Shown here: positions 27,735-37,936 of the stretch, in pieces | How positions within the stretch are numbered: position 1 is the first letter of the stretch | Layout of the letters: every line of letters begins with the position of its first letter | IMG/VR virus record: IMGVR_UViG_3300048769_000079 | Coordinates: 1-55,549 of that record | Reading direction: 5' to 3' (one strand) | From: a virus | Taxonomy: Duplodnaviria; Caudoviricetes | DNA: 55,549 nucleotides | The notes under the pieces: model-generated | Databases searched by the model: none | Told to the model about the DNA's origin: nothing | The model's input: only the letters and a program-made list of their open reading frames with translations | Program-made: the position numbers and the translations under genes

Positions 27735-29901
27735 TAAAGAAATTACCCTTTACGGACCGCAAGGACAGGCGCTTGACCTACAGACCAAGGCGCTTGACGT
27801 TCCTGACCTTGACCCTACGTTTTTTTATCAGTCCAATAATTACGGCAATTTATCAAGCAAAGAAATTGAAAAGAAACCGTATCAACTACATTGGGCGGTT
27901 TATGCATGCGCTAAAGCAATAGCAATAAACCTCCGACGATTACCTCATCATATTTACGGCGACGATAATAAAATTATACCGAAGTGTCCTATTTGGTCAT
28001 TACTCAAAAAGCCGAACCCTTTCATGACGTGGAATATCTTTTGGGAATCTACCATTCTTTACTCAATGCTACCGTGCCGTGAGGGCTTTGGGCGTTCGCT
28101 AAAGGGTGGGCAGGTCTTTTGGGTCATGGATTCCGGCAAGGCCGATCCGAAGGTTGACCTTGCGCGGGGTGACATTCCGGCAACGATCTACCCCTATACG
28201 GATGAATTTATCGCGCCGGAGTTTGACAAGCAGAAACACTTCCTTGGCTGGAAATTAGAAATCCCCGGACCGGAACCTTTCATCGAGCACTATAAGCCGA
28301 ATGAGATTTTGCGCATTTACAACTTCAACCCCTACGATTGGCTGTCCGGTCAATCAAACTATGCCGCCGCACAGATGGCAATCATCAACGATATTAAAGC
28401 GGATATTTGGAATAACCGGATGTTTGAAAACGACGCTATCCCCGGAGGCGTTCTCTCCAGCGATCAGGAGTTGACGAAGGACCAAGCGAACGAAATGCAA
28501 AACCGTTGGTATCAGCAATATGGCGGTGTAGGAAATACGCGCCGCGTTGTTATACTTGGTAAAGGAACGGAGTTTCAAAAGATTGCACTTGATCATAAGG
28601 ACATGGAATTTCAAGAACAAAAAGACCGCGTTGTTGAACAGCTTCTTGCGGTTTTTGGTTTAAATAAAATTGCCCTTGGTAAATACGAAGATGTCAACTA
28701 CGCAACGCTTGTTGAGGGGCATAAAATGTTATGGGAGGATACGTACCTCCCTATTGAAGAAAATTTGCTTGAACAGGTTAACAGTAATTGGATAAATAAT
28801 ATTGACGTTCGAAATGAAATTCATTTAGGCGCGGATACCTCAGGCGTGCGCATTCTTAAAAAAGATTATACCGTTGCAACCAATTCCGCTACTAAGCTTT
28901 ACGCGATGGGCGTACCGGCGGAGACCGCGCTGCGAATAACTGAAGTTCCCCTAACCGACGACGACTATAAGAACGCGCCCTGGCTGAAAGAGCGCCCGAC
29001 GCCGCTTATAGGCGGCACGCCGAACGCCAGGGGTAGTCTTACGCCCTCGGCACCCGGCCAAGAGCCTAACGAGCCTAAAGGAACCGCTAAGGCCCTTATC
29101 GTTAAGGCGGTCGGCTTCGGCCTGGACGTTCTCGATAGGATTTCCGCCGATTACGTTGAACGGGTTTTAGCACCAGGGGAAAATACCCTTTACACAAAGC
29201 TTGTTCGGCTAATGACCAACCTCCGTAACGAATCCCAAGACAAGGTTGACGAATGGCTAAAGAGAGTTACAAAATCGAAGCAGCCGCCGTCTTTGAATGG
29301 TAACGAATTTTTGTTTGACGAGGACGAGGCAAATCAAGCATTATTGAAAATTTACAAAGCACAGGTTGAAGCACAGATATACCTCGAAGCGTCAAAGCTT
29401 AAAGAAGAGTTAGGCGCGTTTGTAAATTGGGGAGTTAGCGATCCACTTATCCAAAGCTTTGTAAAGAACCGCCGCGCGGCGCTTGATTCAATCAACACCA
29501 CGACTATTGAGACCTTTAAGGATAAGATTTCCGAAGCCGTCACCGAAGGGTATAATAAGGTTTGGACTCCTCAACAATTTGCAAAGTCGATCAAGGAAGC
29601 CCTCGGCGACGCGGGCGAGATTCGTAAGAATCAAGCCAGGACAATCGCGCGAACGGAGACGGGGATAATTTCGGCGGACGCTCGGTATGATTGTTTTGTC
29701 AAGGAGGAGATTGAAGAAAATCAATGGACAACGTCAAACGATGATAAAGTACGAGACACGCACGCCGAAGAGAACGGCAACGTTGTTCCCGTAGGAGAAC
29801 CGTTTCCGGTTACGGGCCTGATTCATCCCAGCGACCCGGATGGTCCGGCGGAAGAGGTTATAAATTGCCGCTGCGTTGCGGTTGCCGTTAGACCTGATTA
29901 A
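27724..29901 (+). CDS. Portal protein fused to MuF/SPP1 gp7-like head morphogenesis domain
   Basis: VYAC...LLKKPNPFM, FENDAIPGG; C-terminal ARTIARTE, DDKVR..H, EVINCRC. Confidence 0.9.
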   Translation: MNFNKEITLYGPQGQALDLQTKALDVPDLDPTFFYQSNNYGNLSSKEIEKKPYQLHWAVYACAKAIAINLRRLPHHIYGDDNKIIPKCPIWSLLKKPNPFMTWNIFWESTILYSMLPCREGFGRSLKGGQVFWVMDSGKADPKVDLARGDIPATIYPYTDEFIAPEFDKQKHFLGWKLEIPGPEPFIEHYKPNEILRIYNFNPYDWLSGQSNYAAAQMAIINDIKADIWNNRMFENDAIPGGVLSSDQELTKDQANEMQNRWYQQYGGVGNTRRVVILGKGTEFQKIALDHKDMEFQEQKDRVVEQLLAVFGLNKIALGKYEDVNYATLVEGHKMLWEDTYLPIEENLLEQVNSNWINNIDVRNEIHLGADTSGVRILKKDYTVATNSATKLYAMGVPAETALRITEVPLTDDDYKNAPWLKERPTPLIGGTPNARGSLTPSAPGQEPNEPKGTAKALIVKAVGFGLDVLDRISADYVERVLAPGENTLYTKLVRLMTNLRNESQDKVDEWLKRVTKSKQPPSLNGNEFLFDEDEANQALLKIYKAQVEAQIYLEASKLKEELGAFVNWGVSDPLIQSFVKNRRAALDSINTTTIETFKDKISEAVTEGYNKVWTPQQFAKSIKEALGDAGEIRKNQARTIARTETGIISADARYDCFVKEEIEENQWTTSNDDKVRDTHAEENGNVVPVGEPFPVTGLIHPSDPDGPAEEVINCRCVAVAVRPD

Positions 29902-29914
29902 CAAAGAAGGAAGT

Positions 29915-30082
29915 ATGATTAAAATTAAAAAACCAAAAATTGAATACAAGTGCGAGAAGTGCGGCGCGATTTACGAGACCGAAACGGCGTTACAAAACCA
30001 CGTTTGCGAACCGCCGTTGCCGCCCTCGAAGCCAAAGAACCGAATGATAAGTTATTCCGTCGGTCAATACTTTCAGGGATAA
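29915..30082 (+). CDS. Small C2H2/C2HC-type zinc-finger protein
   Basis: YKCEKCGAIYETETALQNHVC. Confidence 0.55.
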   Translation: MIKIKKPKIEYKCEKCGAIYETETALQNHVCEPPLPPSKPKNRMISYSVGQYFQG

Positions 30083-30089
30083 GTTTACT

Positions 30090-30602
30090 ATGAATATGCA
30101 AACTAAATTAAAAGCCATTGAACCGTTGCCTATAGTAAAGGACGTTGTTCCCGCTGCGCCTAAGTTCACGCTTACGCAATTGATCCTTGAGTTGAACGGC
30201 GACTTGGCTAAAGAGTATCAAGCAACAATCCAATACATTCAGCACGCGGCTTGCCTCGTTGGTCCCGCGATGCTTAACATTGCGGAAGAGCTTCGCGCTC
30301 ACGCGGACGATGAACATCGACACGCGGTCCTTATTGCGGACCATATCAATTACCTCGGCGGAACGCCTACTGCGTCGGCGGATATTACCTTAACCGCAAT
30401 GGACTCCATGACGGCTTTACACTACGATATAACCGGAGAACAAACCGCAATAGCGCGCTATACGCTTCGCGTAGAGCAGGCAATGTCAATCGGAGAGGTA
30501 GGCACGGCGCAATTACTGAAAACGATCTTAGTTGAAGAGCAGGGGCACGAGAATGACCTGATGGTTGTCCTCGGTTTAAAACGTGGAACGAAAAAGGCTT
30601 AA
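30090..30602 (+). CDS. Ferritin-like (bacterioferritin-family) protein
   Basis: EYQA..QY..H, DEHRH, LGG.P, E..AIARY, EEQGHE di-iron ligands. Confidence 0.85.
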   Translation: MNMQTKLKAIEPLPIVKDVVPAAPKFTLTQLILELNGDLAKEYQATIQYIQHAACLVGPAMLNIAEELRAHADDEHRHAVLIADHINYLGGTPTASADITLTAMDSMTALHYDITGEQTAIARYTLRVEQAMSIGEVGTAQLLKTILVEEQGHENDLMVVLGLKRGTKKA

Positions 30603-30607
30603 GGCTT

Positions 30608-32263
30608 ATGGCAAACACTTTACTTAAAAGAGTCAATAACATACCGCCGGAGCGGTCCCAGGTCTCAGCGGACGAATGCCGGGCGCTCTGTGATCTGATC
30701 GGAAAGGAATACTTAGAAGGATATGAAAAGCGCGTTCTTCACTACCCTGCGACGGCTGACGAAACTCCCGACCGCGCTGGGGACATTGTACGAGTGGCTG
30801 GTGCTAACTTTGATAATTATTATCCGAAAAACCCGGTCGTAATGTTTGCGCATCAACATGATAATTTTCCCGTCGGCGCGGCAATACGAATCGGTGTGGA
30901 TAAAGTAAAGAAGTCTATTCCGGCCGACGCACTCTTTCTTGATAACCGCGTTGACTCCTCAGGGCGGTCCGACCTCGTATATAAGTTTGCCGCCTCGAAT
31001 TTCCTCCCAGCGTGCTCGGTCGGATTTTTACCTCACGACGGCGGAACGAATTCCCCCGTTGATAATGCGGAACGTAATCGGTTAGGCTTAGGTAAGGGCG
31101 GCGCGGAATATAAGTCGTTTGACTATTTAGAATTTTCGCCCTGTGGTATCCCCATGAATCCGAATTCGGTAAAGTCCGTAGTCACGACTTTAAAAAAGGA
31201 CGTGACTTTTGAAAAGTCCGATTTTGATTTACTTTACAAGTGTAAATGGATGGAAGTCAATCTGCTTGACCTTTTTTCCGATTTGGTTATCGGAAAAAAG
31301 ACGAAAGTTTTTGTCTTACCGAAAATCGAAATCGAAGTCAAGGGTGTTATCCCTTATGCGGAACATAGTAAAGCGCCAAAGGAAACCGCGTGGGACGGTG
31401 CGGCACAGCGGACCGCCGCTTCGGTTGCCGACTTAAAAGTAATGTGCGCGTGGTACGATGCGAGCGCCCCGGACGTTAAGGGCTCGTATAAACTACCGCA
31501 CCACGAAAAGGAAGGCTATCACACGGTGTATAACGGCGTTCGCGCCGCTATGAACGCGCTCCTCGGCGGACGAGGCGGCGTAGATATGCCTGAAGGCGAT
31601 AAGGCCGGAGCCCACTCCCATCTTGCGCGGCATTTAAAAGAGTTTGGCGAGGAAGCACCGGAAAATAAAGTATACAACGAGAAAGAATTGAAGGCGTTCT
31701 TTCCCGAATTTTATAAAAAGGAGGCCGTCGGTATGAAAACGGCAAAGACAAAATCCATAGCAGACCGCACGGCTAAAGAGTTGGCCTATACGGGTATTGA
31801 AACCTTACACCAAGGGATGCTCAGTGAAATACACGAAAAGGCTTTTGACGCGGAAAAAATGGACGACGATGAGGAGTCTATCCACAAGTGCGCAAAGTCC
31901 ATTCTCGATGATCACCATAATTGCGTTCTTCCCCATGTAAAGAGTCTTATTAAAAGTCTACGTGGAAAAAGCGTTGAATCGTCACCCGATAATGACTGTC
32001 CGGTCCCGATGACCAAGGAAGAGGCAAAGGCCTGGCTTGACTCTAAAGTAAAGCAAACCGTTAACGTCGAGGTTGATATGACGGGTTTTAATAGTTATGT
32101 TGAAGACGTAACTAAATTAACAACGGAACTCAAAGCGGTAAAGTCCGAACTCGAAATTTTAAAGAGCGCTTCCCCCAGCGGCGACCGTGCTCCAAAAAGT
32201 AAAGGCAAGGATTTATACGCGGAGATACTTGAGGGCGTGAAATTTAACATAGGAAACAAATAA
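30608..32263 (+). CDS. HK97-type prohead protease with extra domain and scaffold-like tail
   Basis: DRAGDIV, NPVVMFAH, SVGF, LEFSPCGIPMNP; middle WDG...YKLPHH...GGRGGV domain; coiled coil. Confidence 0.85.
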   Translation: MANTLLKRVNNIPPERSQVSADECRALCDLIGKEYLEGYEKRVLHYPATADETPDRAGDIVRVAGANFDNYYPKNPVVMFAHQHDNFPVGAAIRIGVDKVKKSIPADALFLDNRVDSSGRSDLVYKFAASNFLPACSVGFLPHDGGTNSPVDNAERNRLGLGKGGAEYKSFDYLEFSPCGIPMNPNSVKSVVTTLKKDVTFEKSDFDLLYKCKWMEVNLLDLFSDLVIGKKTKVFVLPKIEIEVKGVIPYAEHSKAPKETAWDGAAQRTAASVADLKVMCAWYDASAPDVKGSYKLPHHEKEGYHTVYNGVRAAMNALLGGRGGVDMPEGDKAGAHSHLARHLKEFGEEAPENKVYNEKELKAFFPEFYKKEAVGMKTAKTKSIADRTAKELAYTGIETLHQGMLSEIHEKAFDAEKMDDDEESIHKCAKSILDDHHNCVLPHVKSLIKSLRGKSVESSPDNDCPVPMTKEEAKAWLDSKVKQTVNVEVDMTGFNSYVEDVTKLTTELKAVKSELEILKSASPSGDRAPKSKGKDLYAEILEGVKFNIGNK

Positions 32264-32265
32264 TC

Positions 32266-33672
32266 ATGGCAGTTCTTGAATTAGAAACCTTTCAAACCAC
32301 GTTGAAAACGTGGCAGGGCAATATCGAAGCGTCAATCAACACGTTGATTACCGCTTCGGGCGATAAAGCAGAGTCAGCCCGTAAAGCGCTGGAGACGGAG
32401 CTTGATGGGGTAAAGAAAAATATCAATAGTATTTCCGAACAGTTGAAAACTATTGACGCTCGGCACATTCCCGGACTGAAGGAAGAGCTGGCAAAGAAAA
32501 GCTTTGACTTCGGGATGTTTTCCGGCGCGTTGGTCAAGGAGCACCTCGCCCGTAAAGGAGACCTCGGTGGCGCAATCGGTGATCCGTGGCGCGATGCGGG
32601 TTACGAAAAGGAAATGATCAGTAAGCACATGGAGATGCGTTTGAAAGACGCGACGACCGGTGCAAACAACGCGATTACCGGCGCGGGCGGTGGATACCTT
32701 ATCCCCGACGAAGTCACCAACGAGTTCATTGACATGGTGCTTCAGAAAATGCCCATGGTCGACCTCGGTATTAACGTTATCAAAGGGCTTACGGGCGACC
32801 TACCCGTACCAATCAAAACCTCCCGCTCCACGGCGTATATGGTTGGCGAAAATAGCAAACCGTCTGTATCTGCCGTTGGATACGGAGAGATTACCCTTAG
32901 GCCTAAAAAGGTTGCGGCCTTTACCAAGCAGTCAAACCGTTTGATTTATCAGTCACGCGGCGTATCGGACAAAATCATTCGGGACGACTTGACGTATACG
33001 ATGAAGAAAAAAATTGAACAAATGCTCATTGCCGGTACCGGTTCGGGTTTTCAACCGAAGGGGATTTATCAATTCATCGGTGCGGGTTCAACCCCCTCCA
33101 GTGTTGGTGTTAACGGAGTAAAGGCGCAAGCCGATTCCCGTTTCCGTATTGACGATGCGTCAAAGATGATTACCGACCTCGAATGTGCGGACGAACTTTC
33201 CACGCCGGGCGGCAAGTGGGGCTTCCTGATGCACCCACGTGTAAAAATGGGGATGAAACGCGAACGCATCACGCAGTGGAACGGACAGTCGTCAAACAAC
33301 GGTCAACCGATTCTACCGATGAACCTGCTCATGACCGATAAGATCATGGAAGATCAAATCGGTTTTAAAATCGGAAACACCACTCTCGTCCCCTCCAACC
33401 AGACCGGACCCACGGGTGCAAATGCTGCGAGTACGTCCTGCTCGACGGTTATCTTTGCAAACTGGGACTTGTTTTGGATGGGCTTGTGGCGTGACTTCGT
33501 GATGAAAGTTTCGGACGTAGCGTCCGACGGTGCGACGGGTTCGGCACTGCTCGATGATCAGATTTACATCGTGGCGTTTCACGAGTTTGACACGCAGTTG
33601 ATGCGTCAAACGGCAGTCACGGCGGCAACGGGTTGCGAGACTACCGAATCGCTTTGGCCCACGGGTCTGTAA
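32266..33672 (+). CDS. Major capsid protein (HK97 fold)
   Basis: N-terminal coiled coil, GGGYLIP, VGE, PKK.A, GTGS..PKG, MHP. Confidence 0.9.
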   Translation: MAVLELETFQTTLKTWQGNIEASINTLITASGDKAESARKALETELDGVKKNINSISEQLKTIDARHIPGLKEELAKKSFDFGMFSGALVKEHLARKGDLGGAIGDPWRDAGYEKEMISKHMEMRLKDATTGANNAITGAGGGYLIPDEVTNEFIDMVLQKMPMVDLGINVIKGLTGDLPVPIKTSRSTAYMVGENSKPSVSAVGYGEITLRPKKVAAFTKQSNRLIYQSRGVSDKIIRDDLTYTMKKKIEQMLIAGTGSGFQPKGIYQFIGAGSTPSSVGVNGVKAQADSRFRIDDASKMITDLECADELSTPGGKWGFLMHPRVKMGMKRERITQWNGQSSNNGQPILPMNLLMTDKIMEDQIGFKIGNTTLVPSNQTGPTGANAASTSCSTVIFANWDLFWMGLWRDFVMKVSDVASDGATGSALLDDQIYIVAFHEFDTQLMRQTAVTAATGCETTESLWPTGL

Positions 33673-33724
33673 TAGCGTAACGGTGTTTTAAAGAGGGCTT
33701 TACTTTTACTAAAAGGAATTTACA

Positions 33725-34174
33725 ATGTCAGGTCAAATTTTTACCGCAATCGAAGCGGTAGCACCTATAAAACTCATAGCGCCGACCGTGTTGACTTCGT
33801 CCAATACGGTGACGTTCGGAGCGCATGCAAACTGCGGTCCCTACGATTCGGCGATTGTTCGGTTGCAGGTTGCGGCCTTTTCCGCGCCCGCAACGCTTTC
33901 GGCAATTCTTTACGAATCGGATAAAGCGGACGACGCTTCCCTGATTCCCGTGACCGGCGCGAATTTTGGAGTTATCTCCGGTTCGGCACAGGAGCAGGTT
34001 TTCACGGCGGGCGTGGAGTGCAAGAACTATAAGCAGTATCTTTCGCTCCGGTTGCAACCTTCGGCGAGTAATACAGCAAACCCGACTATCGGTGTATGCG
34101 CGGATATGATCTTCGCAAAGCCCGATAACGCGCCGGTTGTCAATAACCCGTCGTTTTGGGTAACGGGTCAATAA
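33725..34174 (+). CDS. Capsid decoration/cement-like protein
   Basis: Beta-rich ~150 aa immediately after MCP; YLSLRL. Confidence 0.55.
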   Translation: MSGQIFTAIEAVAPIKLIAPTVLTSSNTVTFGAHANCGPYDSAIVRLQVAAFSAPATLSAILYESDKADDASLIPVTGANFGVISGSAQEQVFTAGVECKNYKQYLSLRLQPSASNTANPTIGVCADMIFAKPDNAPVVNNPSFWVTGQ

Positions 34175-34192
34175 CCTTAACCTTAACAAAAG

Positions 34193-34226
34193 GAAGCCGG
34201 ACGCCTAACCGCGTTCGGCTTCTTAT
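34193..34226 (+). terminator. Hairpin/terminator after capsid genes
   Basis: GAAGCCGGACGC-loop-GCGTTCGGCTTC-TTAT. Confidence 0.55.
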
Positions 34227-34233
34227 AAAAAAA

Positions 34234-34419
34234 ATGACACAAATTAATATTGTCAAGGAAATCGAGAAACAGATTGCAATCAATAATGCGCGAATTCTTT
34301 CCACACGAATACAGATGGCTTTGGTTCAACAAAGTTTAAATATCATTGAAGGATACTACGATCAACAATTCGCGGGGGTAATACGTGAGTACCATAACCA
34401 TGAAAACGAAAATTATTGA
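34234..34419 (+). CDS. Small coiled-coil protein
   Basis: Open frame from ATG 34234; helical. Confidence 0.45.
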   Translation: MTQINIVKEIEKQIAINNARILSTRIQMALVQQSLNIIEGYYDQQFAGVIREYHNHENENY

Positions 34420-34585
34420 ACAGGCAAATCTAATTACTTTACAAAGTAATCAGATTAATTCCCTGCTCGTTGAGTTATATAGGGCAAAGCCTAAGCATAA
34501 GATTTTTATTGATAGTCCGAACCTGGCTTTGAATGTTAAAAAGTTATCCGACAAATGGAAAGCAAATGGACCTAACAACCTATAA
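34400..34585 (+). CDS. Hypothetical protein
   Basis: Overlapping coupled ORF. Confidence 0.4.
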   Translation: MKTKIIEQANLITLQSNQINSLLVELYRAKPKHKIFIDSPNLALNVKKLSDKWKANGPNNL

Positions 34586-35408
34586 CCGTTGTCTACGGTA
34601 TTGCGGCGGGGACTCCCCCCTGATAAACAACGCAACGAATAGACGCGCAATCACGTCGTGGATTCCCTCGATTTCGGGTAAGATTGAAAAGTATCTTAAT
34701 AGGGGAATTCAAAACCAAATTGCTTACGTTGAATACTTTGACGTCCGATACCATACGTTTGAATTTTACCCGCGTTATTATCCGGTTGTAAATATAGAGA
34801 GTGCCTGGACAGACTCGACGGGAATGTGGATAGGCGGACAATCACAGCTTTCCCAAATTTCCTATCACCCCAGCGTTGACGGTGCGGCAATTACAATTAA
34901 CTTTGCGCGACCGTTCGAGTCTAAGAATGGATTCATGGCGACGTATGATGGCGGGCTTGCAAACAGCGCCGCGCTTTCGGTTTATAACGCAACGTTTACC
35001 GGGTCTTGGGTTCTTAATAAATTTGTTTACGGGGTAAATTCAAACGCCGTCGGAATTGTAAACGCTTTTGACTCCTCAACCCTAACTATTGAAGTACTTT
35101 ACGGACGCTTCCAAGTTGGGGAAACCGTCCAGCAATGGGATACGGAAGACGGTGCCGGAACGAGTACGCAAACCGCTGTATTAACAACGGCGCAGAGCCT
35201 TTCCCTTGCCGAAGCGTACCCGGAAATAGTTCGGGCAACGGAAATGCAGCTCCGGTTTATGTGGAAAAATAAAGATCGTTTTGAGCAAGAGCGGATTGAC
35301 AAAGACGGCACGTCGCTTCGCCGAAGGACGAAGGGTTCTCTCCCGGCGAACGAATTGGAAGCTGAAGTCACGATGATTATGGCGCACTATAGGAGAATGG
35401 TTTTTTAA
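34566..35408 (+). CDS. Head-tail adaptor (gp6/gp15-like) with inserted domain
   Basis: MDLTT...IEKYLNR...Y.GG...YPEIVRA...YRR pattern and gene position. Confidence 0.65.
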   Translation: MDLTTYNRCLRYCGGDSPLINNATNRRAITSWIPSISGKIEKYLNRGIQNQIAYVEYFDVRYHTFEFYPRYYPVVNIESAWTDSTGMWIGGQSQLSQISYHPSVDGAAITINFARPFESKNGFMATYDGGLANSAALSVYNATFTGSWVLNKFVYGVNSNAVGIVNAFDSSTLTIEVLYGRFQVGETVQQWDTEDGAGTSTQTAVLTTAQSLSLAEAYPEIVRATEMQLRFMWKNKDRFEQERIDKDGTSLRRRTKGSLPANELEAEVTMIMAHYRRMVF

Positions 35409-35899
35409 TGAGCATCACGATTGACATTACAAAAGTATTTGATGAATCTTTTTTAGCGACTAAAAAAGATCAAATTCTTGACGCTTGCGCTAAAGGCATG
35501 ACCAAAGGAATGCAATACTTTTCTGCTAAAATGGTAATTGAACAGATGTCCGGACGTAGCAACGTTTCACTGGGAAGGGTATCGAAGCATCTTGCGGAAA
35601 ACTGGCTGGTTAAAACAGACGAAGCGGGTTTTGGGGGTCGAGATGTTATTACGACTTTACAAAATAGACTTGCACCGTACGCAATTATTCATCAATTAGG
35701 CTCTGCGGACTGGGACGGGACGTATCCCGGGAACGTGACAAATAAATCAGCGTGGCGGGCGATGCAACCGAAACGGGAAAAGGGCGCACCGCGTCGGCAT
35801 AATATTCCGAAGCGTTTACACATAATAGAGGACTTTATACAATCAGCGCCCGCAATTTTAGCGGACGCCATAGTTACCGAAGCGGTAAAGGTAAAATAA
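35408..35899 (+). CDS. Neck/virion morphogenesis protein (HK97 gp10/Mu gpG-like)
   Basis: YAIIHQLG and IPKR motifs. Confidence 0.65.
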   Translation: MSITIDITKVFDESFLATKKDQILDACAKGMTKGMQYFSAKMVIEQMSGRSNVSLGRVSKHLAENWLVKTDEAGFGGRDVITTLQNRLAPYAIIHQLGSADWDGTYPGNVTNKSAWRAMQPKREKGAPRRHNIPKRLHIIEDFIQSAPAILADAIVTEAVKVK

Positions 35900-35923
35900 A
35901 ATAATTTTTCAGGAGGGCAAAAC

Positions 35924-36613
35924 ATGAGAACAAAGAAAATTATCTCGTTTTCCGTTTGGGGAAACAACGAAGGCTACGCGAACGGCGCGGTGGAAAACGC
36001 TCGGCTTATTCCAAAAATATATCCTGGATGGAAAGGTCGGTTCTACGTTGACCCGCTCGTACCACGGTTGGTTCTTGCGGAACTTTACGACCTTGGTTGC
36101 GAGATCGTCCATAAGCCGGAAAGTATTGATAACCTCGGTCTTTACTGGCGCTTTGAACCTATGTATGATGATCCTTCGATAGAACGCTTTATCGTTCGCG
36201 ATACGGATTCCCGGATTAACGTTCGGGAGGCGCAAGCCGTAAAGGAGTGGGAAGAGTCAAAACTGCCTTTTCACATCATTCGCGATAACAACGAGCACAA
36301 CATACGGATATGCGGCGGTATGTGGGGCGCAAAAGCCGGAATAATCCCTCATTGGAAAATGCTTGTTGAATCATGGATAGAACAGATCAAACCGGATAAT
36401 AAAAACCCACGCGGCATTTACCACGGAACCGATCAAGAATTTTTAGGCCGGGTAATTTGGCCCTTTATCGAAAAAAGCCATATTGCGCATGATAATTATT
36501 TTAACTTTACCGGGCGCGAACGTCCGCTAACGGTAAAGCTAAAACGCGACGGCTACGTTGGAATGGTCTATACGACGAAGGACCACGACAGAACGGAGGC
36601 CGAAGGTGTATAA
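35924..36613 (+). CDS. Putative glycosyltransferase (GT-A-like)
   Basis: ISFSVWG, WRF, VRDTDSR, GGMWG, DQEFL. Confidence 0.65.
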   Translation: MRTKKIISFSVWGNNEGYANGAVENARLIPKIYPGWKGRFYVDPLVPRLVLAELYDLGCEIVHKPESIDNLGLYWRFEPMYDDPSIERFIVRDTDSRINVREAQAVKEWEESKLPFHIIRDNNEHNIRICGGMWGAKAGIIPHWKMLVESWIEQIKPDNKNPRGIYHGTDQEFLGRVIWPFIEKSHIAHDNYFNFTGRERPLTVKLKRDGYVGMVYTTKDHDRTEAEGV

Positions 36614-37346
36614 TAAACTTTGGATTATGGTCCCGACTTATAAACGCCTCGAATGGCTAAAACGGTTTTTAGATTCCTCGATTGATAAAGCGGATAGTAT
36701 TAACCAAATCGCTTTCTGCGTTTGTATAAATAAAAAGGACGCGGCTTCACGGGATTTTCTTATTAATTACTTTACCGATAAGAAAATGAATTTTATGCTT
36801 ACTACCGAAGAAACCCGACAACCGAACCTTTCGCTTTACTTTAACCTTATGTATAACGCCGTCGATCAGCACGAAGCGGGTCACGATTTTGTTGCTACAA
36901 TGTTTGGCGACGATATGACCTTCGAAACTAAGGGTTATGATACACGTTTGCTTTCCGAAATAAATGTAAATAACGGTGTAGGTGTTTTCTGGTGCGACGA
37001 TGGGTATATTGCGCATGATAAGCTTTGTGTAAACGTTGCGGTGACTAAGAAATTTATTGAAGCAACCGAACGCCCATTCATGTGTCCAATTTTTAAAGCT
37101 GATATGATCGACGTGGTTTGGTATTACGTCGGGCAATTAACCCAAACCTTACATTACTTGCCGGACGTTTTAATACAGCATCGGCATAGTACGGGCCTTG
37201 CCGAAGTTGATCAAACCTTCGAACGGCTAATCCCTCTCCAGCGCCAGGCGAATAGCGGAACAATGCACCAGTACGCACAGGTCTACGCGGCAATGTGCGC
37301 CGGGAATGTTATTACGCGCGGCATGGGAAGTTGGAAACCGCTATGA
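36606..37346 (+). CDS. GT2-like glycosyltransferase
   Basis: IMVPTYKR, GDD, IQHRH; GTG start with RBS GGAGG. Confidence 0.75.
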   Translation: MYNKLWIMVPTYKRLEWLKRFLDSSIDKADSINQIAFCVCINKKDAASRDFLINYFTDKKMNFMLTTEETRQPNLSLYFNLMYNAVDQHEAGHDFVATMFGDDMTFETKGYDTRLLSEINVNNGVGVFWCDDGYIAHDKLCVNVAVTKKFIEATERPFMCPIFKADMIDVVWYYVGQLTQTLHYLPDVLIQHRHSTGLAEVDQTFERLIPLQRQANSGTMHQYAQVYAAMCAGNVITRGMGSWKPL

Positions 37347-37903
37347 AGTTATCCGTTTTAATATGTACGTTACCGGAGCGTCAAGCAAAGTTTGAACGCC
37401 TATGGAATCAATTGATTAATCAATACAGGAGTGGAGTACATTTTTTGGTGGATAATCATGATCAGATTACCATAGGGGAGAAAAGGAATCGTTTACTTGC
37501 GCGCGCTAATAGCGAGTATGTCTGCTTTATTGATGACGATGATATTATTAGCGCCAAGTATATTACGAACATACTTAACGCTCTACAATCGAAACCGGAT
37601 TGCGTCGGTATAGAGGGTATAATGCTTTGTAACGGGAATTGTCCGCGTAAGTTCTACCATACGGTAGAGGCCGAAGGGTGGTACACTTCGGGCGCGACAT
37701 ACTGGCGGACACCTAACCATCTTAACCCGATACGTACCGATATTGTAAAGCAGATCGGATTTAACGCCTCAAAGAGCTTTGGAGAAGACTTGGAATTTTC
37801 TAAGCGCGTTAGGCCTTTGCTGAAATCCGAGGTCATGATTGAAGAACCTATTTATTATTATCTTTACAATTTAAAACAACACGAATCATTGTTTTGTTTT
37901 TAA
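37343..37903 (+). CDS. GT2 glycosyltransferase
   Basis: LSVLICT, GEKRN, FIDDDD, GEDLEF, IYYY. Confidence 0.85.
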   Translation: MKLSVLICTLPERQAKFERLWNQLINQYRSGVHFLVDNHDQITIGEKRNRLLARANSEYVCFIDDDDIISAKYITNILNALQSKPDCVGIEGIMLCNGNCPRKFYHTVEAEGWYTSGATYWRTPNHLNPIRTDIVKQIGFNASKSFGEDLEFSKRVRPLLKSEVMIEEPIYYYLYNLKQHESLFCF

Positions 37904-37936
37904 TTAAATAAATATTTTAATTAAGGAGCAGAGGGC

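Noticed and set aside
27724-29901. Portal-MuF fusion as a novelty
   Set aside because: A known recurrent architecture in tailed phages.
34193-34222. GCCTAAC within a hairpin, possible attC
   Set aside because: The motif falls in the loop with no paired GTT box; better explained as a terminator.
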